From Vicugna vicugna (lineage: Eukaryota), in assembly GCA_013265495.1 (NCBI GenBank), contig MU058687.1, positions 1,302,001 through 1,366,000 of the forward strand: DNA of 64,000 bases, read 5' to 3'. Positions within the stretch are counted from its first letter, which is position 1; the number at the start of each line of letters is the position of its first letter. The notes beneath the pieces were generated by a model that made no database searches, had not been told where the DNA came from, and saw nothing but the letters and a program-made list of their open reading frames with translations. Both the position numbers and the translations under genes were made by a program. Shown one piece after another: positions 37,501 to 50,785 of the stretch.

Positions 37501-40500
37501 CACCCAGACACAGTGATTCTCAACTCTGAATATATCCTGGGGAGTTTTGTTTTAAAAAAAGATTCCATTAGCCTGGCCCCATCGATAAGATTCTGATTCT
37601 CTTGGCTCCTGGTGGTGGCTGCGGATCCTTGGAATTTTGTTAGCAATGCCCCCAGGTGATTACACTGTGCAAGTGGGTGTGAAGACCAGTGCTCTCTAGG
37701 CTGGTGACCTCCTCCCCACCTCAGGCATTCTTGAAATTTTGGGTCAGAGCTCCTCTGCTCTTTTCTAACTCTGGGAGTCCATGTATCTGGTGTGCTGTGT
37801 TGTAGTCACATGGACCCCTTCCCCCCCAGCCCCTTGGAATCCACTGAGACACAGCAGCCAAAGTGACACTTTTTAAACATAAATGGGATCCATCCTTTTC
37901 CCACTTCAGCATCTCTGCCCTCTGCCTGGGGTGCTCTTCCCTGGTCTGGTTCCTGGTTGGCTTCCCTTCATCCTCCGGACCTCACAGGCTCCCCTCTTCA
38001 GAGAAGTCTTCCCTCACCTGCCTGGTCCATGTAGCCCTCCTCCCCGACACCGCACCTCCCTATCACATCACTCTCACACTAGAAGGTAAGACCTAGGAGA
38101 ACAGGGAACTTGTCTAACTGGTTTAATCACTGTGCCTGGCACACACGGATTCTCAACAGCTATTTGTTGAACAAATGAATGAATAGGTACATAGAATATG
38201 TTTATATCTTAAAAATCACGTGTTTTCTTGTACATACACCACATGTATAATGTGATTAGCGGTCTGGAGTGGAAATGAACAGATATTATTAGGGAAGAGG
38301 GCATTAAAGGAGAAGGGAAAGGAACATTTATTGAGGAGACTCAGTGCCAGGCACTGTGCTAGGCTTTTCATACATTTGATCCTTACAAAATTCCAATGAT
38401 CCACAGCCACCACGGACCAACAGAATCCGAATCTTGGAGAAGGAGAAGGGGAACAGCATTATTCTCTCCATTCTACAGATAAGGAAACTAAGACTTAGTG
38501 AGAGGAAATAACTTGCTTGAAGTTAAACTTTTAGCAAGTGCCAGAGCAGGATATAAACCCAAGTTTATCGGACTCCAAGGCTGTCTTGTTCATTGCATCA
38601 TTCTTGAAGGAGAAATTACCTTAATCATTACCTCTCTCCACTATCAGGGAGTATAAAACCTGTGGTGAATGCGGCCCCAGATAGCAATGGCTAAATGGTG
38701 ACTGGGGCTAATAATGTTAGCAGAGGGAGCGGGACAGATAAGGAAGGGAAAGAGAATCTACTAATAGTCGTGCCACCAGATCAACTTAAAATCAACCTAA
38801 TTTCTTAATTTTATTTGTGATCAGTTAAGGATTTGCACTCTTTTCCTTTAGTTAAAAAAAAAATTATAGCCTGCTTGATTTAAGTTCCCAGAACTCAGCA
38901 CTTGTGAGTAAGATTTCCTGGGTCATCAGGACGTCCTGAGGGTACAAATAGCCTTTCTAAATGCCCAAGTGCATAATCCCGAGTGTTACATAAATCCAGG
39001 GGGCATTTGGCCTCACGGAGCATCAGGTGGGCTCTTCTACCTTAAACTTCCAAATCTAATTTCTAGCGAAAGGAATAGGATATATCCTTTAGAATATACT
39101 TTAAAAAATATCCCCAGAATTTGGTTAATACCCAGATTCTCTGTAACCTTAGTCTCTGGGAACCACTTCCTGCTCTGATCTACGGGGTGCCTTTTCTTAT
39201 TTTTAAATGTCAGAGCTAGTTCTCAATTAAATCTGATCGAAGTATATCAAGCCATCTGGCATGGGACAGAGATGAGTTAGACCCCATCCTTGCCCATAAA
39301 ATGCAAACAGTCTAATAGCTGGCTCCCACGAGCTTGTTACACGGGGGCTTAAGTTTAGTTAGGGAGGGGCCATTTAGTGAGATATGAACACAATGTGGAG
39401 AATCTGAAACACTGGAAGAGAAATTTGCATACTTCATTCTGTAGACAATGGGGAGCTGTATCAGTTAGAGCTTTTTAGTTTCAGAAGACTGGAAACAATT
39501 CTAGGTTAACTGAAAAGAAAAAGGGGGCAATCTGTTAGAAGGTTATTGGGGAGCTGACAGAATTGAAGGAAGAACTGACCAAGCAAGAGGGGATCTCCAG
39601 AGGATGAATTCATGACTCAATTTCAAACTTCTCATCACTGAATCCCCATTCAAAATTCAAATTCCCAGGAGAGAGTCTGATTGGCTTAGCTTGGGTCAAG
39701 TGCCCACTGCAGAGGATCTGGATTGCTTGTCCTGCAGAATCCTGCAGAACATGGAAAGGGAAATGGTTCCCAAAGAAGAGATGCTGGCCGTAAGTCCCGT
39801 CAGCCCTAGCAGCCACTAGATGCTTCTGAGCACAGAAATAATGTGATGAACTTAGATCACATGTCACTCACTAGATGCTTGAATAGTTTTGTTTGATCCT
39901 TACAACAACCCAGTAAGTGGGCACATTTATTAATCCTTATTTTTGGAGATGAGGGAAAGTGCAGTTTTGAGAGGTTATATGACTTTTCCCAAGAGGGAAA
40001 GCTCTTTCTGGACACTAAATCCTATTTCTCTTTACTATGTGATTTTCCTAACCTTCAGAGTCATTGGTTTGGTTCCAAAGTGTTTAAAGGTAAGAGAGAG
40101 GCAGGAGATGGGTTAGCAAGCTGCCAGAGTCAACAAACGTGGGAGGAGTGAACCCGGCTGGGCCCATGGGGAATGGAAGGAAGCAACGAGACATGAGTCA
40201 CAAGGGCTCAAAAAGTAGTTTGAAAACTTGACTGCACATCAGAACCATCAAGGCAACTTATTAAAATTACGAATCCTGGGAGTCCGTCTCTGTCCTGAAC
40301 CAGAACACTCTCTGGGTGGTGACTGAGAGTCTACAATTTTAAAACACACTCCCATCTTATGGTGGTAAACATTTTGCAATATGTAAGTGTATAAATCAAC
40401 ACATTGTACATCTTCAATGTACACTATGTTATATGTCAATAATATCTCAACAAAGCTGGAAAAAAATTAAAAACCTATACCCATCCTCCACACAGGTGAT

Positions 40501-43500
40501 TATTCTGTAGCCAGCTAGACACTGGTCTTTAGACCAGCACTTGGAAATCATTGACCTATTAGGCCTTTTTTTTTTCTAAATGTCCTCTAGTCCAGTTTCT
40601 TGTCTTATCTCTCTGCTGGGGCAGTTAAGTTTATCAAGGTATAGCTTTTGAGTAGTTGCAATTTGTACTCATTACATTTAGTGTCGTATATCTGCCGTAT
40701 CTCTTCTGAGATCTGAGGGATGAAAACAAGGACAGAGAGGTAGGGTGGCTCCTGGCTGTCCCCTTATTTTGTTAGTATGTCTGAGGCTTGTGGCTTTTGA
40801 CAGAGACTCTTGGGAGATGACTTTGCCAGCTTTACCCTTTGAGAATCATCCTGGATTCTTACCCTCCCTTTCGCTATAGTAAGTCTCCATAACAAACACA
40901 CCCAAGTCTGGTATTTCTGAACTTAGGGTTCTGTGCTGAATACATGCTGTTCCTGGATCCAGGCTCGTTCTGCAGTTTCTCCTCTCCTCCTACCTTTTGG
41001 TTCCACTGATGGGCTGATCCAGCCTTGGTATGTGATAACCTGAAGTTTCTGGGTGTTCTCTCTGTGACATTCTAGAGAAGTCTAGACTTTCAGTCATATC
41101 TAGAGTGTAAAAGAATGATATCTTTGGGATGGAGTCTGGTACAAGTTGGAGAACAGGATTTATGATCTCAAGTCGCTCCCCCTCATTCATACAGTGCGGG
41201 GACTCGTAAGAATAAGTTACTAGGAAAGGATTTTCCAAACCTCAGTCACTCGAATACCACCTCCATGGTTTTTCCCAAATCTGTGTGCCATCTATCAGTT
41301 ACTTCATATTTTTCATCAAATTAATTAGTGTGTTTTGCTGGAGTCTTGCAACCCAGTCTAGCCTAACCATAAAAAATAATAATATTCATGAAGTCACAGA
41401 TTCACAAAATCAGGTGTGATATGCTACCTGTCAACTTTCTTCTAGAACATATTAAAATAAATATGCATCCATTAAAACTGTGTAAATGTTCACCCAGTAT
41501 CTAAAATCGTCCCATAGAGGGAGGTGTATCTCATTAGAGGTATTGCATCACACCTTGGGAACATTATCCTAGAAAAGCCCATATGCTAAAGGCACATAGT
41601 TCCAGACCCCTCAATTCACCACAGTTTGGATGTCAACCCTAAGAATATTTTTTGAGAGTCTATTTAGTGAAAAACTATGCTGTTATATCCTCTTGCTGCA
41701 GAAATTAAGGTTCAGAGCAAGAAACAGAAGCTACCCAAGGTGTTTTAAGCAAGAAGGAAATTAATAATTTTATCATTATCAGAAGGGTTGGAGGACTGAG
41801 CTCCCTCTTGGAATGAGAACCAGAGCACTGCAGAACTGACCTGCCAGGGGAACTGCAACTCCTCCATAATCAGGAAGCTACTTACGAGACTGCTTGATTT
41901 AAGAATTCAACAGCATGGCTGTAATCCAGGGATCAGGTACCACCTCTACCACCTCTGCTACAAGTTCCACTTGACACTCATGGATCTGGAAATTGAACTC
42001 TGGAATGCTGTTGTAGTGTCCACATGGCCTTCACATTGCTTGTCAGCAGTCATAGCCAAAGCATGAGAAAGGTGCCTCCTGACTCTTCTGATACTTAAAT
42101 CTCTCATGAGTGAATTTACTTGTTGGAGCTTAATTTGCATCATCTAGAACCCTAGCCACAAGGGAGTCTGAGAAACATAGTTTATAGCTCTCTAGCTTTT
42201 AAGAAGGCCCAATAAAAAGTGGGACTGGAAACTGAAAGCCAATTAATCCTATCTAATACATTGCCTGTCAGCGACAGCTCTGCTGCTGATTCTCAGTGAA
42301 CTAAGGAATCACTAAGCCAAAGGAAAAAAACAAGTTCAATACAGGTTCTTAACAAACAGTTGCTCTTTTGTGAATTGGATATGCGTGTGCGTATAAAGGT
42401 GGGTTTTGTGTAATCTGAAAGTATATACTTGCAAATATACTGGCTAAGTCAATAAAAGAGACCTTGGTAGCACAAATAGACATGCCATGCCAAAACCCTC
42501 AATGGCTCCTCATCACCTCTGGAAGGGAAGTCCAATAAAATCCTCGTGTTCTATGCCTTTTATTAGTTGGCCTTAACACCCAGTGCGTTCTGTCACAGTC
42601 CTCCAATCTAGTCAAAAAGTCTAGTAATTGACAAGAAGCCCCAAACCATCCTCTCTGCCTTTCTGTCAACAGGATCCTACTTGGAAAGCTGTTTCATCTT
42701 CTTCTCCACTTTCTTGAATCTTAATCTTCCTTCAAGGTCCAATTCTGTGCTCCTTCTTCATTTCTTAAAAAAGGTTTTGCTCTCTCACTCTCAGCTCCCT
42801 CTATAGTAAAAATGATTCCCCTTAGTTGAGACCTAGTTTCTACCCTCCTAGTCATCCTTTCAGGTCTTCCCTTCCTTGTAACCCACTAGGGGAAGCGCTC
42901 CAATCCTGTACTCCCCTATACTTTGCATTTCCACCCATAGCATCAGAAACCACCTTCACCCTCACTCCCCCGGAAAGGGTGGTCTTGACTTAAGGACTGA
43001 ATCTTGTATATCCTTCCAAATGATGACACCAAAGCTTTAGCCAAATCATCAGCTGTGCAAAAGAAAGTCTGGAGCTGGAGAAGATGGAATTACTCTGCAT
43101 ATGATAAAGGGAGGAACGGGGTTGGCTTCTGAAAGGCAGGAAGAGGTAAAGTAGTGCAGGATGTAAAGTTGGAGAAGTGGGAGTGGAGAGAGAGCCAAGC
43201 ACCATGAAGTATCTCTAAGGGGAGCAATGTTTAGTGCTTTTGAGGGGATGATGGTGTTCATGTCTCAAAGCTCAGTAAAGTTTGCTGCTCCCCTCAAGGC
43301 CACAGTGAGTGGCTTTGGGGTTCAAGATTGAAATGGGGCTGAGTTCCAGATCTGGGCTGTCATGGAACAGAATCCCACAAGAGATCAGATAAACCACAGG
43401 GTTTATCTGTGTGCAATCTCTGACTGTGTGCATCAGACTGGTGCAAAGGCACACCTCCCAGGAGGTCATCAGAGTGCAGACTCCACTTCTACCCTCACCA

Positions 43501-43566
43501 TAAGTCTCATGTGGAACCAAGACCTGCCAATCAGGATCCCCAAAACTCCATTTGATTCCTACCTCC

Positions 43567-44180
43567 TGTAGTAGGCAGAATTTCTAAAATGGTCCCTGAT
43601 CCCCATCCCCACCCCCAGATATCCTAATTCCAGAACCTTTCCATAAGATGATATATCACTCTCATGATTAAGATATGTTATATGGCACAATTGACCTTAA
43701 GATAGATATGTTATCTAGGTGGGCCTGATCTAATCACATGGTCCCTTAGGAGCAGAGAGCTTTCTCCGCTGGCAGTGGAAGAGGATGTTGAAGATTCAGA
43801 ACGTGAGGGAGATTTGATACACTGTTGATGCTTTGAAGATGTAAAGGGCCACTTGAGAAAGAATGTAGATGGCATCTAGGAGCAGAGAGTGGTGGACCCT
43901 GAGTGGAAACCAGAAAGGAAAGAGGGACCTCAGTTTTACAGTCACAAGAAACTGGATTTTGCCAATACCTGGAAGAATTTAGAAGTGAGTTCTTCCCCAG
44001 GGCCTCCAGATAAGACCCCAGCCTGATTGATACCTTAGCTTCAGCATTGTGAGAACCTACGCAGAGCCCAGCTGAGCCTGTGGGACTTCAAACCTACAGA
44101 ACTATCAGCTTATACATGGGTTTCATTTTAAGCCGCTAGGTTTGTGGTGATTTGTTGTGCAGCAATAAAAAATGAAAACA
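43567..44180 (+). mobile_element. MaLR solo LTR (MLT1E-like)
   Basis: TGTAGTAGGCAGAATTTCTAAAATGG start; TTTAAGCCGCTAGGTTTGTGGTGATTTGTTGTGCAGCAATA...ACA end. Confidence 0.8.
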
Positions 44181-44934
44181 CTTTCTATCCCCTACCTCAT
44201 GTTGACCTTGGCATCACCCTCTGGTTCTATAGGACTCATGTATCCTTTTATTATATGATGCTTTAGTTGGGACCCCTTTTCTTAGCCCTTCAATATTTGT
44301 CACAGTTTACTGACCCTATTTGAATGCAATAGCCTCCCTTGGACTGTTTCATCTGGAGGACCCTTGAGCTATACCTGCAAGTCTTCTGATGTATTTTGCA
44401 CATTTTCCCTCCACTTGTTTGGGCAATTACAACATTTCATTGACCTAGACTGAAGTCCCATATCTAATGGGATCATGATATTTATTACCCATACCCCCAG
44501 CCCTTAGCACAGTGCCTAGTGTATAGTTGGTGCTCAATTATATGAGCTGATACTGATGAATACAGAGAGAAGGAAATCTCTGATCACCCCTATCATACAT
44601 TCCCAGTGTCGGCACTTGATGCTCTAGCCATGCTGTACAATGTGCAATTCCCAGGAGTCTCCCTTGGTCCCATGGTCTCTCTTGCCTCTGAGTTTCTCCA
44701 CCCCTTACCTGCTTTTCCTCTTACCCTCACCCTTCCTTCCTCTCTCAACCTGCTAAATCTTCTTATTCTTCAGCTCTCCACTTAAATATGACATTTCCTT
44801 TGTAATCCCAGTTGTCATTTGACTTGTCTGGAATCTCTATTAGGTGGATGGTACATTCTATGATGGTGAGATATACTTTTTTTCTTTTGAGACTCTAGCC
44901 CCTTTACAGGGTAGGTTCTCAGTAAAATTTGCTG

Positions 44935-45083
44935 ACTGGCCATGCTTCTTCATCATCTGGGAATCCTGTTAAAGTGCAGATTCTGATTCTTAGATCTGGG
45001 TGGGGCCTGAGATTCTGTATTTCTAACAAGCTCCAGGGGTTGCTGATGCTGCTGGTCCAGGAACCACACTTTGAGTAGCAAGG
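44935..45083. mobile_element. MER5A-like hAT MITE
   Basis: CATCTGGGAATCCTGTTAAAGTGCAGATTCT...GGGTGGGGCCTGAGATTCTGTATTTCTAACAAGCTCC...CCACACTTTGAGTAGCAAG. Related MER5-like pieces at about 31925-32075, 37510-37700 and 40200-40340. Confidence 0.8.
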
Positions 45084-45227
45084 TAACAGGGTAGACACTC
45101 ACACCACTACCCCACTGCAGCAAAAAGTTTGAATTTCAAAGAAGCTGAACAGGGTTTAGGGTACAAATCACAGACATAGGACAAAATTTCCCCTGTCACT
45201 GCTAATCCAGCTGACTCACAGAGACAG

Positions 45228-45268
45228 AGCCAATAACCTTGACCTTATTAACAACTGAGCTAACTGCC
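45228..45268 (-). mobile_element. tRNA-Ile-like SINE head relic (MamSINE1-like)
   Basis: Reverse complement CAGTTAGCTCAGTTGTTAATAAGGTCAAGGT resembles the tRNA-Ile 5' half with a deletion. Not an intact tRNA. Confidence 0.3.
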
Positions 45269-47091
45269 ACAAACCAATAAATAACAACATTTGGCTGATT
45301 TGCATTTCAAAATTGTTTCCTTCCCTGTTCACACTCTACAGCAGGTGCTAATGAACCATGAAATGTCTACAGCATTGGCAGCAAGGAGGAAAAGAGGCAG
45401 AGTTGACCCATGCCTGAGGAATAATGATCCTTAAAAATCAAGAGCTACAAAATGCAATGTGATATTCTGGATTGGATCCTGGAACAGGAAAAGGATATTA
45501 GTAGAAAAACTGGTGCAATCAGAATAAAGTAGGGAGCTTAGTTAACAGTAATGTACCAATGTTGGTTTCTTAGTTTTGTCAATCGTACTATTAGGAGACA
45601 TTGGGTGAGGGGTATATGGCAACTCTCAGCTTTTCTATAAATCAGAAATTATTTTAAAAGCTTATTAAAAGTATCAAGAGCTAGACTTTATAGGTTTTCT
45701 TTACTTTGGGTAATGGTATTACAAGTATCTGAAAGTGCAAAACAATTGCCATTGACTTAACAACTAAAAAAATGGAAATGTGTGTTCATGGGAAAAAATC
45801 TCCAACTAAAACTCAGTAGCAATCAAGGAAGAAGTCAGAGGATGGCTGGTCCCAATGGCCTACCTGCAAGGTAGCGTACCCGTGGTACCTACACTCCAAA
45901 TTACTTTGCCCTACATCATGATTCCAAGATATTCTGACTGCTGTTTGCTTCTGATTCCTACCTTCATTTATTTAGCATATCAGGAATTTCTTCCATTTTT
46001 GAGAATCTCTTGATTCTACACTCAGGGTTCAGGGTGTCTTTTGTTTGTTTGTTTGTATAACAATATTATCTTAAAGACTTGGTCATGGTATCACATTTTG
46101 CCTCACCTGTGTTTCCTTATGTACTAGAGACTCTAAGCCTGGTGAGGCCATGGACTTGAACTTATCCATGATGGCATGCCTAGCATCTGACTCTTCCCTG
46201 GGGCATATTGCAGATTCTTAACAATTATTTGTTGGATGGATGAAGAAGGGGGTACTTAAGCATTTGAAGTGAATTCCTGCCTGAAAAACACAAATTTTCC
46301 AATGATACTTAATTATATAAATATATTCCTTTGATGGAACTTACGAGAACTTCAGGTCTTGTACAAAACTTGTCATCAGGCCTTTTCTAACTCTGGTGGA
46401 TTCATGGAAAGTCATGAAGATCTTATTAACTCTTATGGAAGCTATGGCTTTAACAAAAATAGTGTATGGTGAGTGTGCTCTGGTCTCAGAGGGTTGATCT
46501 GAGGGACCTGCACTGAGGGCCCAGGTCCGGGCTGGCCACAGAGATGTGGTCAGAGGCTGTGCAGTCAGAGGTTTCTGTGTGTATCGCTTTGTCTGTCCAA
46601 TAGTGTCTGCTTCCCTAAGGAAGCTGCTCCTCTCCCACTCCAAGGTGCTGGGAAAGGAACTCACAGTTCATCTGTCTTCCTATGGCCCCTGCCAGGTCAA
46701 TCAGAGCCTTCACTGTGGCTTTTAAAGCTTGGAGCATGGAATTGGGAGGATGTGATGCACAGGCAGCTGTCAGCAACCTTCCCTGTCTTATGGAGAAATC
46801 TGCAGAAGGACAGAGGGAACTTTGTCAAGATACAGAAACAAAGAGAGAAAGAAAAATGTAACATCCATGTTTAAGTGCCTGGATCCAACGGTAGGCTGCC
46901 CCATCCCCCTGAACTTCCCAGTTATGAGAGCCAACAAATGCCCTATTTTCTAAGGCTGATTAAGATTTTTGTCAGTTGCCATAGAGAGTTCTATAATCCT
47001 GGAGGAAAATGTGCAATTTCCTTCCTTAATGGAGACTAGTACCAGCTCAGCCAGGGAAACAGCTCTGCGGGCCTCTGCCTAGACAGGACGC

Positions 47092-47520
47092 TGTGGTAGA
47101 TATGACCAGCAGCTCTTCCAAAACTCAGGCTCTCCCTTCCGTTGCAGACAGTGTCACTGGGGGATGGCACCTCATCCCCAAACTGTACTTCCCATCATTT
47201 CTTACATTTAGGTGGGAACGTATGGTAAGCCCTCACCAAGGGAATGTGAGTGGAAATGACATGTGTCAGTTCCAGGCTGTAAGGCAGTAAAGAAGCAGGG
47301 GTTCCTCACCATTCTCTCCTTTTGGCTGCCCACTAGATGGAGAAAGGATTCTGAAGACTTCAAGGATAACAGAGTAGGTTTAAAGGAGCCTGGGTCTTGC
47401 TTTCAAGCCAGGAAAACTCTCATTTGACTGTTATGTGAGTGAGAAACTTTTATGGCATTAAGCCACTGAAATGTTAGGGATTTTCTTGTTATAGCAGCTA
47501 GCACTAGTATGACTAATACA
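47092..47520 (+). mobile_element. Old MaLR LTR (MLT1-type)
   Basis: Ends TTAAGCCACTGAAATGTTAGGGATTTTCTTGTTATAGCAGC...GACTAATACA, a typical MLT1 3' end. Confidence 0.65.
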
Positions 47521-48099
47521 TCTCCAAGAGCTGGAGCTGGATTCATTTCAGATTTGGTAAGTAGGAAAAGTCACAAGCAAAGCTCAAGAGAGAGAAGCCC
47601 AGAGTTAGTTGAAACAAGAGCTGAACTCTATGGTCAAGTCCAAGGGATGATTTCAAGGATGGAAACAGGAGACAAAGTTGGAGCATCAGCACCCAGGTGG
47701 GCCCTGAAAGAAGTGGTGAGTGGGGGATCAGGGCAGGGACAGATTTGAGGTGAGAGCAAACCACGCGGGGTACGTCTGGCTTGGTTTTTGTGGCTGCCAG
47801 CAGCATGGAACATGGGTGGGTCTTCCTGGTTTAGAGGGGCAGGGTGGGCAGGAAGCGCAGGTAGCCTGAGGGAATGGTGCCAGGTGTGGGACCAGAGGCC
47901 TGAGATGAATCCACAAACAGGAAACCAGTCATGACATCAGAACCTTCAAGTCTTGGGAACATGTTGGGATGTGGAGCAGGAAGCAGGTCAAGGCAAGTGG
48001 TTTAGAACTAATGACAGAGGTATTTTGGAAACCTCATTCTCTGTGAAGTCTTGGGATGGGCCTGGTAGGTAAAGTAAGAGGAGGTAGCAGGCCGGGGGG

Positions 48100-48375
48100 A
48101 GATGGGGCCAGGGCAGAGCACATGCCCTGTCCGAAGAGGGCAGCTGTTGCTCAGCTCCTGCAGACCATTGCCAGGTGGACATGTAACCCCAATGTCTTCA
48201 GATCCTCCAATTTTTCAAGAAAAGCAGGAAATCCGGATTTTTTTCAGAGCGGTGAAATCTCCTGATTTTTAAATGCTGGCAATGAATTCAAAATTTTGAA
48301 AAACACCCTGTAGGCCAAAGAAAACACATTCACAGCTGAATTGGCTCACAGGCTGCCAGCTTTTGGCCTCTGGCT
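48100..48375 (+). mobile_element. MER102-like hAT-Charlie DNA transposon relic
   Basis: CAGATCCTCCAATTTTTCAAGAAAAGCAGGAAATCCGGATTTT...AAATCTCCTGATTTTTAAATGCTGGC. A similar copy lies at about 9380-9570. Confidence 0.6.
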
Positions 48376-50437
48376 TAAAGGAAATGGGTAGAAACAGAAA
48401 CATGTAAAAAACAAAAACAGCAAACATGAAAATCATTCCTAGTTTCCTCTGATTTCCAAACACCACAAGCTACTACTGGAAAAAGAGCCTTGAGACAACC
48501 ATTCACAAAACCACGGTATGTTTGGTCTTCAGAAAAGCTCTGGGATTCTGGAAGTTGCCAGAGAGGTACCTTGTAGTTCCCCAAATTTGTTGCAGTTTCC
48601 TCCAAATTGGATCTCCAGTTTTGATAGAGTGAGCTAATTTTCTTTCATCTTTCTCTCAAGTACATCAGTTTTTAGATTTACTTTCTTTTCTGAAAGGCTG
48701 TCAACTCTATCTTGACAGCTAAGTTTCCAGTAAAGGCAATTACTTGAGTGAAGGCAATTTAGAGAAACACTACTTGAGCCAAATAAGAGTTTGGCTAACT
48801 AAATTTTATGATAGGAAGTGCTTCCAGGCCAGAAACCTCAAAAAGTGATCAAAGGTTTTCAAAGACTGGATCCAGGTAACTCAGTTTATTAACCTTGGCC
48901 AGTGTCCGAGCCAGGGTCATGCTCAGAGGATGTGGCAAATACAGAATCTGACTTTTTTTTTAAAAAAAATGTGGTCTCTTGGAGGTTGTGTATCTACATG
49001 ACTGGCTGCCGAACTATTCATTTTCAGTACTCCAACGTAGCATCTAGCTTAAAGCTTTGCATATCCCTACTGCTCCACTTGCCCAAGACTGAGATGTTTC
49101 CTGGATGTGGGACTTTCAGTAATAAAACTAGGACAGCCTTGGGCAAACTAGGACAGTTGGTTATCCTACATCTCAGGGTCCTTTTCTCAGGGTTCATGCT
49201 ATGAAGCTTTGATATTTTTAAATAACACTAAAGAACCAAACCAAAACAAAAACCTCTCCCTCCTCAATTACAACAGTGTTGTGCTCTCCTGGTTTTCTTC
49301 CTATTTCTCTAATTGCTCTTACTCATATCCTTTGCTGTATTCTCTTACTCCTCCCACCCCTCAACTGTGAATTGCACCTCAAGGTCCAGCCCTTGGGCTT
49401 CTGTTCTATTTTTTGTTCATCTCAGTGGACTCATCTTTACGTGGAAGACTTCCACATTTAAACCTTGAGCTCATACTCCTACCTGAGATCCAACCCTCCC
49501 CTTCCAACAACTTCATGAACATTTTCCACTGGGATGTCCTTGATCATCTGATGCTGAGTCATTATCTTCCAGCCCAATCCAGCTCCCACTCACTCACTTA
49601 GTATCCTCTTCCATTAGAAGCAACAGCATCTTTTCAAGCCTTCAGGCTCAAATCCTAGAGATGCTAACCCCAAATTGACGTCCACGCACTGTATTATGTA
49701 TCCAGAGCAGCTACCACAATCTTGGGCACACTGGAAGAACTCAGTAAATGCTAGTGAATCAAATTATATCTTGGGAGAGGAGTCCAAGGAAAAGGACTTG
49801 TAACAGCATCCTACCAGAGGTTCAAGATATCCAAAGGTACCTAGGATTTCCAGGGAGAAGCCAAGTGATGATTTGGCAGATGTGAACCCTGCAGACATAG
49901 TCAGTTCAAATCTTCACTGATGCAACTTCAACCGTAGACATGTGAATACCTGTTAGTTAAGTTACCTCAAGTGTTACCAAATTTCTGGTTCACTTTGTAT
50001 TATTATATATTTTCAGGTGTGGTCAGCGATATGTCCAAGGTTCCAGACAACTATAAAGGTTAACATGACAAATATAGACAAATATATATTTGCTTTATTT
50101 GCTGGGATTCTGACAAAAAAGTCTGTCTTCAATTACCAAATGTTCAGAAACAGGGCAAAGCTAGCGGCCAAAATCCAGGTCTTTCTCCTTTGCCCTCTGC
50201 CCTTTTGCACATTCTTTTATTTCTTAACAACGAAAAAGAAGTACTTATAAGATAATCGTTTTAAACATACTTTTGAAATAGAGATATACCATGTTTTCAG
50301 GGGGCCCAGCAGCTTGGAAACATTGTTCTTATCTTTAGGAAAGACCTTGTGGGTCTTTCTTTTCAGATATCCCTAAATCTGGGGATTTCTTGGGAGCCCC
50401 TTTCCTTTGTGTCTATAAAGCAGAGAATATCCCTTAG

Positions 50438-50785
50438 ACCTGTTTCCCAACCTTGGCACTTTTGACATTAGGGACTAGATAATTCTTTGTGTTTTGTTTG
50501 TTTGCTTTTTCTTTTAAATGGAGGTACTGGAGATTGAACCTAGGACTCTGTGCCTGCACCCCCTCTACTACTGGGCTTTTACACACCCCCAATAATTCTC
50601 TGATAGGGGAGGGTGCTCTTCTGTGCATTCTGAGATGCTTAGCCATGTCCCAGGCCTCTACCCACCAGATGCCAGCAGCACACACACACACGCACACACA
50701 CACCCTCCAGTTGTGACAACCAAAAATGTCACCAGACATTGCCAAATGTCTCCTGGGGGGCCAAGTTGTTCCTGGTTGATGACTC
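50438..50785 (-). mobile_element. MER20-like hAT DNA transposon (interrupted by a SINE)
   Basis: CAACCTTGGCACTTTTGACATT...GGCCTCTACCCACCAGATGCCAGCAGCAC...CCAGTTGTGACAACCAAAAATGTCACCAGACATTGCCAAATGTC matches the recalled MER20 consensus. Confidence 0.85.
50487..50591 (-). mobile_element. tRNA-derived SINE (Vic-1-like) nested in MER20
   Basis: GGAGGTACTGGAGATTGAACCTAGGACT core. TSD ATAATTCT at 50479-50486 and 50592-50599. Confidence 0.8.
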
